DNA of 60,070 bases, the filler included, from Trypethelium eluteriae (Eukaryota): NCBI GenBank assembly GCA_051942245.1. It is 4 parts of 4 records of this genome, joined end to end, with 100 filler letters (N's around TTAATTAATTAA, not from the genome) between each part and the next. Parts side by side here need not be neighbours in the genome. Positions count along the whole stretch, not along the records: positions 30,135 to 45,053 come from JAVECL010000666.1; positions 45,154 to 60,070 come from JAVECL010000667.1; 2 more parts are not named here. One strand, written 5' to 3'. Position numbers and translations under genes: made by a program. This document shows, one piece after another, positions 39,193 to 49,172 of the stretch; position 1 is the first letter of the stretch; each line of letters opens with the position of its first letter. The notes beneath the pieces are model-generated. The model saw only the letters and a program-made list of their open reading frames with translations. It had not been told where the DNA came from and made no database searches.

Positions 39193-39981
39193 TCAGTAAA
39201 CGGTCCTGGAGGGTGTGCCGTCATACGCCTTAGAGGCTGGGATCCTACACACAAAAGCCGTCGGTTTTGAGCTCCCTGTCTGACTTAAGAAGGGTAATCT
39301 CACGGCGCGGATGGGAGGTTCGAACGGTGCGTAGACCTGCACTTCTGCTTTCTCAACGAGTTGATTGCTAATCACGATAGGGGCGCGACGTCTGATCTGA
39401 TGTGATCGGAGGATTGAATGCGATGATGCCTGCCGCCTGAAACTTCAATCCGGCTGGTCAAACAGGTCGGTCCTGTTGTGTGCTGCTTCATTGCTGAGGT
39501 GAGTCAAATCGATTCGTCAGTGCTTCTTGTAAAGACATTGCTGACTGACATTCACAGACGGCACTTTGGAGTCTTCCGTGCTGAGTGCTTCGGTGATTGA
39601 AGCATTGACTGGGCCGATGACTGTGAAATCGATTCGAATGTTGGAGTGACGGGTTGGTGGGAGAAAGTGATGGATGATTCCATAGTGTAGATATAAGAAC
39701 ACGACGAATTTCGCTCTTCAAGTCTTCAATTCTGCAGACATTTGATTGTTCCCTTTTGCAACCAGATTCATCATAACATCACAACATTAGCTCCACTTGT
39801 TGATTCTTTCTCCAACTCTAGCAGCTGGCTGTGTGTAAGAGATAAAAGAGCCCATTTCCGTGAGTTTGTTGATTCATCTAAGTCCTCTTTTTGAACGGCG
39901 TCTGAGACCGAGAACAGTGTCATTAGAATACGGCCGACTAAGACTTTGAACTTATTGCAGAGCAGCAAAGCGTTCAGAGGC

Positions 39982-42071
39982 ATGAGTCGAAAAGATTTAA
40001 TCCACAATCTTCAAGAGTACAATCTGGAGGACCCCGTTGGGGCGCTCCCTAATGTTTTTAATGGGTTGCGAAGAATAGACGCAGGAAGGGACCCCAAGTT
40101 CAATCTTTGGGCACAGGATCTTGAAAAACAGCATGCCTACATTGTTGAAACTGTATTGGCAAGTCTTGAGGACGCGAAGAACCGCAATACTCTCTTAGGC
40201 GCATTGCGTGATAGCTTCAGAACGAATTACGCACTACGGCGACAAGTCTGTCTCGCCATGATCTCCCGGAAAGGAGCTACGTCGGATAAGGTAGGAAGAC
40301 GGTCAGCAGCTCAGACGGTGGTGACACAGCTACGCGGCGACTACAAGTCAGGTCTCAAAACAGACGTTGAAATCTGGTATCGTGCGCGCCGGCTATGGGA
40401 GACACCGAAAAATGTGCGGAATACGATGCCAGTAGAGGAGTTTCCCAAACAGTGGCAAGAGCTGGACAATCGAATGAATCATGATGAGGTCGAGAGTAAA
40501 GTCCGAAATCTTGTGAAAGATTTTGATACGGCTGAGGCCATTGCTCAGAAGTCATCATATGCTGAGGCACGAACTAGTTTTCGTACAAACTCAGAACAGA
40601 GACAAAGCGTTATTGAGCCATTCGTTGAGGAGCTCTGGTTTCGGAGACGTGGTGTTGGGCGAGCGTACGGTGCGTAGCCAATATTCCGTACTTTTTGGCT
40701 TACGCAATACCACGCATGGAGCGCGATTTCTAATTTTGCTCAGGTGATTCATTCTTCGGGTCGGAAGACGAGCCAGGCGGATTGGCTAAGATCGCCCAAG
40801 AACCGCAGTATGGGCAAGATGGTGCTCCAACCACTACTGGAGGAGTAAGAGCGTCGCTCCATATGCAGGCATCCGCTGGCAGCAACCCTCAAGCAGAATC
40901 CAGTTGGCAGCAGCAGCTTGCACCAGCCACCACATCTTCGCAAACTCAACGGATGGGTCAGCGACCGTCGCCACCAGGTTCTAGCGGCGGTCAGCCCTCG
41001 CGACCTGCGACGGCGGGCGGGATTCTACCAGCGCAGGAGCCTCGTCGGCAACCGGAAGGGCAACAGCAAGGGCAAGCTCGTCAAGAATGGCTGCCGAAAT
41101 TGCAAGCCCAAATGGCCTCAAGCCACGCTTATTTGGCGCATCAACAAGCTCGCTCACAAAAAGAGCAGCAACACTGGACAGCGCAGCATGAAAATACGCG
41201 GACAAACCTTGAACGCGCTACCAGCGAAGAGCACCGCCTGCAGACGGAACAGGATCGTTGGGCTCGCCGAGCAGCTGACGAGCAGCAACAGCATGCCCAA
41301 CGGGAGGAGCAATTCCGGCGGCAACGTGAGCAACTGGAGCAGCAGCGTCAACAGATCGGGCAGCAGCGCCACCAGATCGAGCAGCAGCGCCGACAGCTCG
41401 AGCAGCGGCACCAGCAGGTTGAGCAGCGGCACCAGCAGATCGAGCAGCGGCACCAGCAGGTCGAGCAGCAGCGCCAGCAGGTCGAGCAGCAGCGCCGGCA
41501 GGTCGAGCGCGAGGCGAAAGAGGAACACGAGCGCTTCGACCGACAAGCGAGGCAGACGCGGCAAGCGCGTGAAAATTTCGCTCGGCAAGCCAAACAAGTG
41601 CGGGAGGAGCATCGACGTCGTGAGGAAGCAAACACTCATGCTGAAGGGGAGGAAGGCCACCGAAAAAGGCTCAACCAGTGCTGGACCGAGACTAAGGCCA
41701 TCAGCGAGCGCGTGAAAGCATCGATAGACCAGGAGATCAAGGCACCGAACGACCCCAGCGTCCTGGCAGTTCTCGGCGAGTTCCCCAAGAAGGGAACAGA
41801 GGATCAACCTGGCATGCCCATGCAGAAGCGACTTGAATCCGCCCAGTGCGAGCTCCAGGATTGGCTGAGTTTCGAACGTAACCTGAACGCGCAGCTTGCC
41901 GTCCACAAGACTGATCCGGCAAACCGTCCTGCAGCGATCGAGAGAGCCCAGGAGTCGGCGCAACAGCGCCGTGCTGAACAGGCGATGAGATCTCCCTCCC
42001 AGCAACCAGTCGTCGCGGGCCCATCTAGCACTCCGGGGAAAGGAAAAGGCAAACGCCGTGCGGACGAGTGA
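39982..42071 (+). CDS. Orphan two-exon protein (~671 aa): helical N-terminal domain, Gln/Arg/Glu coiled coil, basic C-terminus
   Basis: ORFs 39946-40677 and 40782-42071 join in frame through a phase-1 intron at 40670-40743 (GTGCGT...TTCTAAT...CTCAG), giving ...GRAYG-DSFFGSEDEPGGLAK.... First ATG at 39982. Ends PGKGKGKRRADE. Confidence 0.7.
41337..41504 (+). repeat. 8 x 21-bp coding tandem repeat (heptad EQQRQQV/EQRHQQI)
   Basis: Units GAGCAGC(A/G)GC(G/A)CCAGCAG(G/A)TC start at 41337 with an exact 21-bp period. Confidence 0.92.
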
Positions 42072-42812
42072 GGGGGCCCCTAGTGGTGTGGAGGTTATGG
42101 CTGATCTGTTGGTTGATTGCTCAAGGTCTTGGAGTTTTTGGCTTTTTGAATTTCTGGGATGGAATGATCCTGAAGTGGGAGACTTTTGGGTTGGGGAGGC
42201 CCCTGACTTGGCTTTGCTCGTCTTGGGGCTGCTGGACCATTTGATGAAGTTTTGGGAGTTTGAGATTTTTAGAGGGTTGAGAAGTCTGCTTTCATCTTGC
42301 TGATATGAGACCCTTTTGGCTTGGGGGGCTTCCCGACTCAATGTTGATAAAATAGAAATCTGCTGGACAGATTTACGGAATTTGGGGATTTTGGGATGTT
42401 TGAGAGTAGGTAATTGGGCTTTGTTCTTGCTAGTTCAAGACCATTATTGAGTTGAGGAGCCCCTGGATGAAATTTCCTTACTTTTCTGGATGATTTGGAC
42501 TACTGTATGATTATGAGCCTGCAGACAGCCGTCATATGGAGTAATGTTGAGCGACGAGGAGTGCACGTTGCAGTTAGTGAGATAGGCGATTATATGATAA
42601 TCGGGGACAAATTCTTGGCTGTGGAAGAAACATTAATTTTTTGGTAAAGCTATCTCGGGCTATCTGGCGGTGTCAAAGTCGTCTACTCATCAAATAAGGC
42701 GGCATTTACGGCTGAGAAAGAGAGATTTCCACCGTCGCAGTGCATGCGCCAAAACTCCAGAAGACACAGGGCCCTCCCAAGGTATTCCAATCCTCACGCC
42801 AGGAAATTAGCT

Positions 42813-43472
42813 CTACCGGACAACACCATCACTCTGCCCTCCATACTTTGGCTTTCCCGGTGGTGGGCTGCTTGGAGGAGCATACGCCGTCTCTCCGTCC
42901 CTCATACCGTTCGGATGATATGCGTTCTGTGGGGCCTGCATCTCATAGTTCTGTCCATAGTAGCCGGCATTGGAGGGCGTGTAGGCGGGAGGCGCGTTAT
43001 TATTTCCGTAATTGTAGTTGTTTGCAGGCTGCTGCGGGTTCTGGCTGGCATAGTAGGGTTGTGCATTGTAATTGGGACGACCGCCCGAAGCGAGCCAGCC
43101 AGTGCCGTGGTAGGGTCGTAGGCCTTGCCGGCGTCGGCGGCGAGCGGTGATGCAACTGGAGGTGGAATGTAAGGATCAAATTCGATGATGAAGGGCAGAT
43201 GATCAGTGAGACTTACGAGAATAGGAAGAGGACGATCAGAAAGATGACGACAATGACGACGAGGACGACCCAGCGCACCCAGTTATCCCACGATGAGTAG
43301 GTACAGTTATTGCCGTTGTAGTTGTTGTAGGCGTCATTGTAACATCTGTCAGAGGAGGAGGCCATGTTAGTATGGACTTTGGAAGAACTAAGAAGAGAGG
43401 ATTTGGTGCGATGGTTAATGGAAGAACTTACGTATATCGCTTGGCGAGTGAGGAGGCAGTGGGTATGAACAT
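42813..43472 (-). CDS. RCR-family (Rcr1/Rcr2-like) single-pass membrane protein with PY motifs
   Basis: Three exons: MFIPTASSLAKRYT | CYNDAY...SSWDNWVRWVVLVVIVVIFLIVLFLFS | CITARRRRRQGLRPYHGTGW...APPAY...AYAPPSSPPPGK...GVVR*. Canonical GTAAGT donors. Confidence 0.8.
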
Positions 43473-44893
43473 GTTGACCAGCAGTGTTGAACTGGCCAAA
43501 TGTGTGATACAATAAATTGCGGAAACTGGAAGAGAGTGAGAGGATCCGAGAATGCGTAGATGAGAGGGGTAGCGAATAGGTTAGATCTTGTATTCCGGTG
43601 GAGTAGGGTGTGTAGCAACTGCTCCTCGTAAGGTAGGGCAGTGATGACGTTTTACTACGCGAACTGAAAGGTGGCTGAGCAACCTTGGCCTCACACGCCA
43701 CGCCCTTTCGCCCTTGCGCTGGCAACCGCTTTTTCCGGCTTTTTAGTCACCACGGTCACGCACGGCACCGTCTAGATCCGCTGCGAGCCACAGGGCAAAA
43801 TTTGGATGGATTGTAGGCTCCATGCAAGGCTTTTCATCAGTCCGGCGACGCCTACCCAAGTATTTGGCATCTCACTGCGGCCAGTTAGATCGATGCGCCT
43901 CCTTGGCGATTAGGCAAAGCAACTTGGCCCCGCGGCTTAGCTCAAGACAGACCAAAGAGCAAGTCTGCCCGCCTTGCTACTTTCTCTTTTCGCTAAGAGC
44001 CAATTTGGCGAGACTTGAAACAGTGTTTCTAGAAGAAAACATAGCCGGGATACTGACCGAGCGACGAGGGACCATTTCAGGATCCTTGTGAAATTAAGGC
44101 ATGAAATAGTTGCAAGGTTGACTTTTGGATACGGCACATGTACAGAACTTCATATGCTTAATTTTCTTCGTATTCGTCCTCTCTCCTTTGGGCGAGTCTC
44201 GTATCCAATCTTGCCCTCGCTAGGCATTGCAAGAGCAGAAAGACAACGTCTATGTAACCATCTTATAATAGTGGGGCCGACCTGGTCCACTGTGTTCTCT
44301 AAATTACCTCCAAACTTCAAAATTCAAACTTCGATTATGGCCTACTTGAATATAGATTGATAAGTAGAGGTGATATTACCTCATCGCCCACATACTATCA
44401 GGATTTACCTATGGTCAATGCGTACGCTGCACCGCCTCCTGCCGGCAATTGAGAACTATTAAATTGACTTGGCAGAAGTATTACTAAGTTCTCAACTTCA
44501 GTCCTTGCGTACGCCCTAGGTAAATGGTCTACATTCAAATTAGGCTAAGAGAATGAGAGCGAATAAAGAAGACCAGTCCAGGTTGGTTTGACGACGTCCC
44601 CGAGACTTGAAGGCTACGTAGCTGGCAAACGAACTACAGACTCTCCTTCTAAAGGGACAAGCTTTGATAGAGTTCAGTTTGAGACAAAATATCATGCGCT
44701 GTAATTGATTCCACTGTTTTACAAAATGCCTGGTATCTTTGCCCATCGAGGTAGAGCAGGTCTAACCTACCCCAGACCAGCTATAGAAAGGCCTGATCTC
44801 TCCACTACGGAGATAGGCATCGAAACACCTAATAAAGGAGTTGGTACTTCCATGAATCTTTATCGAGCCCCTTCATCTCCTTCAACCCAAAAT

Positions 44894-45053
44894 TCATCCC
44901 AGCTGTGCCTGGACATCGAAGATTCCATTTCGCCAGCCTTCTCCCTCCCTATCCTCCACCCTCTCCCCAGCCCTCGCTCCCTCCTCCTTCAAAACCTCCA
45001 CCAAACTCGCCGGCGTGTACACCCCCTTAAACACCCCCTTCCCAGGCTCATCC
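44894..45053 (-). CDS. C-terminal fragment of an unknown protein cut by the contig end
   Basis: Minus strand reads DEPGKGVFKGVYTPASLVEVLKEEGARAGERVEDREGEGWRNGIFDVQAQLG*. Confidence 0.4.
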
Positions 45054-45153
45054 NNNNNNNNNNNNNNNNNNNNNNNNNNNNNNNNNNNNNNNNNNNNTTA
45101 ATTAATTAANNNNNNNNNNNNNNNNNNNNNNNNNNNNNNNNNNNNNNNNNNNN
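45054..45153. other. Artificial contig-joining linker
   Basis: 44 N + TTAATTAATTAA + 44 N. Confidence 0.97.
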
Positions 45154-45813
45154 ATGACGTGCCATCAATTTAAGGGGGGCACCGGAACGAGCAGTCGTGT
45201 GGTGGCTACGGGGGGAAGTAAGGAGTATAGCGTAGGTGTGCTGGTGCAGAGTAATTATGGCCACATGCCGGATTTGAGGATTGGGGGTGTCCCCGTGGGA
45301 AAGGTGCTGAAAAAGGAGCTGGATGAAAGGGGCGAAAGCTTGATGACGTATGAAAAGAAGGTTGAAAGATCAGCGGCGGGGACGAAGTCAGAAGAAGGGA
45401 GTATTGTTATTGTCATTATTACGGATGCGCCACTGTTGCCCACGCAGCTTCAGCGCCTGGCAAGACACGCAGGAGTGGGACTCGCTCAAGTAGGCGGGCC
45501 CGCGAGTACTGGACGAACGCATTCGGGTGATATTTTCCTCGCGCTATCGACGGCGGCTCAGCCTGTGGAACAGCTAAGTCCCGAAATAAAGCTGAAGACT
45601 TTGAACCCCACAGAGACTTATTCGGTGGATGTGGTCAAGAATGAGAGTATCGATGCTTTCTTTTGCGCTGCAGCAGAAGCAACGGAGGAAGCGATATTGA
45701 ATTCTCTGGTAGCCGCGAGGGACGGAATGACGGGGATTAAGGGACGAAGAGTGGAGGGATTACCAGTAGAGAGGGTGAAAGAGTTGTTGGAGAAGCATCT
45801 AGTCAAGGTATGA
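45154..45813 (+). CDS. DmpA/peptidase S58-family aminopeptidase, 5' truncated
   Basis: FKGGTGTSSR, VGVLVQSNYG, the EGSIVIVIITDAPL Gly-Ser autoprocessing site, LQRLARHAGVGLA, SGDIFLALST and AEATEEAILNSL. Confidence 0.9.
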   Translation: MTCHQFKGGTGTSSRVVATGGSKEYSVGVLVQSNYGHMPDLRIGGVPVGKVLKKELDERGESLMTYEKKVERSAAGTKSEEGSIVIVIITDAPLLPTQLQRLARHAGVGLAQVGGPASTGRTHSGDIFLALSTAAQPVEQLSPEIKLKTLNPTETYSVDVVKNESIDAFFCAAAEATEEAILNSLVAARDGMTGIKGRRVEGLPVERVKELLEKHLVKV

Positions 45814-46308
45814 TGGGGATGCGTCGTCTGCGAGCTGGAGGGAGTAAAGTTAGCTTTGTCATGTCCAGTTCTTAGGCCGTGGCGTTTCGATACTTCTTTG
45901 CCTTTCTTTCTTCTTCTCCCTTGTCACCGTACAATTCCATTTGATCCCTACAGAATGTCGGCACAGTACAACTTCGCTTCAGGAGCCCGAAAACCTGCAG
46001 AGGTAAGATCGTTTGCCGATTATAATGATGTCCACCTTCCTACTGGACTGTGGGTGGGATTTAGACCAGACTTTTCGCATTGACCGCCCTCTTTTGTATT
46101 GTTTGGTTCTAATTATCAAAGAAGGTCTACCAAAGTTTTCTAACATTAGGCCGGCCAACGAAGCGAAGTCATTACTCAGGAAACCCTATAAATTGCCAGT
46201 CCGTCGGCTGTTGCGAAACTCCAAACTGCCGATTCAAGAAACATCATGCTTAGTCTACAGCCTTGCTTTCAGCCGAAGGTTGACTCACTACTGCATCCCT
46301 CATGCCAT

Positions 46309-48399
46309 CTAGAAGCCGCCTGCTCCCTGCACTCTTTTCACTGCTCCTACAATACCTTTCGCCCAACTAAATTTGCCTGCATCCACACCGATACTTCCGT
46401 TTGCCAGCTCGCCATTCCCATCAAGCCAGCACCCCGCCTTGTCACCCTCCTTAACCGCCTTACCAAATCTATCCGTATTTTGACCCCTCTTCAATCCCTC
46501 CTCCCATCTCCGACACGTCTCTTCATCATCAACCATGATATTCACCTCCTGCGAATGATACCAACTCTGGGCGTCCTGATTCCCGTTTCCCATGATGCCC
46601 ACCGCAGAGTCCACGATCATGATCTTGATATGGCACGAACGTGACTTGAAGCTGTTGTGAATTGGCAGATTCTGGTCGGCTGCGACGTAAAAGTAAATAT
46701 CCAGACGGTCACGGGCTTCAGGATCATCCTCAAGCTGCTTGTATAGCTTGTGCGCAACGCCCTCATTATGTCCACCTTGCATAGGAAGAAGTTCGCCAGC
46801 ATCGTTGTAGCCTAGGCAGACGTAGTATGTTACCGTAACGCCGCGCTTTACTGCATCAATGAGCGCGGGTAACAGCGGTGCGGCGTTCAGATCGGGGGTC
46901 TGAATGAAGACATGATTTTTTGCGTTCCGTACGGCGGAGAGCCAGGCTTCATTTTGCGGGTTGTAGACACTGCTGTGGTTGGGAGCGCCGAAGGGTTTGC
47001 GATTGACCATAGCAATGGGGAATGGTTTGTGGATGGGATGCGGAATATAAGGAGTAGGTTCATGGCCAGGTGGAGGAGGTTCTGCGGTGGCTTTGCGGTC
47101 ATCATGTGTGTTTTGGTTTAGATGGCGGGAGAGCGCTTCCATAACGCCTTCGTTTTCCTTCGGCGAGACGGCTGCTTGCATGCGATGGACTTCACCGGCA
47201 ATGTCGGCGTCGTAGTGGGGATCTCCGGGAAGATGCTCTGGAAGATGCTCTTTCTGCCCATCTGTAGTGACTTCGGCGAGGCTCCGAGCATTTCCAGTCT
47301 CTGGGACATCGGGTTTATGCAGGTTCTTGAATGATTCTCGTGAGAATGCGGGCAGTCCTCCTTCTGTTGCGGGAGTGCTGTGGCTCGGCAGAGGAGGATC
47401 TAGTGTGTTGCCCCAAGAAATGAGAGCTGTGTCGTAGAAAGAGTCGACAATTGGGCCTTCAAGATGTGTCATCATTTCTAGATTATCATTTTTCTAGCAA
47501 AGCTATTCAGTCAACTGTCCCATTTGTCTGCTTGAATACTCTTACCTGGATATTATTGCTGCTTACGACCGCAAATTTCCTGTCCACCACCATGAACTTG
47601 GAATGAAAAGTGCCAAGAGCCGGTCGGTGATAATTCACAACCTCCATGTCGATGTTGGGTAGTTCCTCCGGACTCGGTAGGCGGACATTCTCCCCGGTAT
47701 AAGTTGCCATCGGAACTTTTTGGTGGTTGTCCAGTAGCTGTTTAATGTTGCCCCTGTCATACATAAGTTTGACAACGGCCTTCTCTCCTCGTTCCCCTGC
47801 CTTCTTTGACAGTTCCCGCAATGCATCTGTGATGAACCTTGTGGCGTCCGAATCCATCCAATAGTTCGTGGCCAGAAAGACTTCCTTCTCAGCTCTCGCG
47901 ATGAGGTTGGACTATCCCCCATTAGCAAAGTTTGCATCTCCACAGCACCTATTCCACAATGCTTTCCCGTTTTTCGAGGTGAAGACTAAATCCGACCCAC
48001 CATATGCCGACAGATATCCCACACACTCCCCACTACCGTTAGGGGCACCACTCCACTCCTTCCCATCAGACACGGACTACACACCCCTTCCAACTTTTCC
48101 CCTTCCAGCGTCAGTAGCGCATCCCGATAAATCCTCAGAAACAGCTCGCTCGGCTCCCTCCCACCATGCTCCAATCCCCAGTCTCCGCAGCTCTTCGCTT
48201 TCTCAAGCTCCTCAGCGCTCGCTGGCCTCCGTTCATGTGGGGCCGGCGCGTCAAGAACCTCTGGGTGGGATGCACCAAAGACTTGCTTTGCGGCTTCGGC
48301 GGGGGCGAGGGAGGGGTCCTGCGAGAGGGCGTGGGAGACAGACTTAGTGGGATCGCGGCAGAGGGAGATGAGGTGGTCGGAGAGGTGGTGGTGCTTCAT
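46309..48399 (-). CDS. Phospholipase D-superfamily protein with two HKD motifs (fungal cardiolipin-synthase-like family)
   Basis: FHSKFMVVD and CHIKIMIVD HxKxxxxD motifs, plus GNGNQD...QEVN. ORFs 47986-48591, 47507-47857 and 46309-47475 are linked by introns. Start is 48399 (MKHHHLS) or 48591. Confidence 0.88.
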
Positions 48400-49172
48400 G
48401 GTGAGAGTGCGGGAGAGAAGGGACGATCGGGGAATCGATTGAGGATAGAGTTGGGAGTAGAGGAAGGGTGCGAGGGCAAGGGCGGAGGCGATTGAGATTG
48501 TGGTGAAGAGAAAGAGGAATGCAGACGCCGGAGTACTAGAAGTAATCGAGTGAAGAGTAAGATTGGAAAGAGGAGAATGCAAGCTACTCATGTCGGCTTT
48601 GATTGCGGGAAGGCTAGCTAGATTTATCTGACTGCTGTAAATACCTGCTGAAGCAATGCGCGCAGCATGCTTACCTTACCTACCCTACATGCTGTGGTGA
48701 GAATTGAGATGTGGTAGTGGCACCGTGGCTCGGGTTTCAAGGCAATTCGTCGCGTGCTGCAATGATGACGATGGGGCGCCAGCAAAACCAAGCTTTTGCC
48801 AAGCCGGCGTTGGCACCAGATCACTCGCTGATTGGACTAGTCATTTGCAAGAAAAAGCTTGTTTCAACAGCTGAGCAGGGATTAGGCTTAGAGTGGGGCA
48901 CGCTATTCCGTCATCGCGGGGTGGCGGGGCCTACCATCTCAAAATCTCCGAGCCTGCTATGACTCGAGTAGTTATACGGAGTATCTGCGTTAACATTGTC
49001 GTGAAGGTACCTATTTAGTAGTCAAGCTCAGACCAAGCTTGGCAAAGGATTTTTGTAGTCAATCCACATGATCATTATCCACATTAATATCGTGTCTCAA
49101 ACGTGTGAAGTCGTACAGTTCATCCGACTCCTGACACTTCTAAGGACCGAGAACTTTTGAACCAATTTTCAG

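Noticed and set aside
41154..42341. 395-aa antisense ORF and other overlapping ORFs on the Gln repeat
   Set aside because: The GC-rich 21-bp repeat lacks stops in most frames, and the Leu-, Ala- and Cys-rich translations are shadows of the sense ORF.
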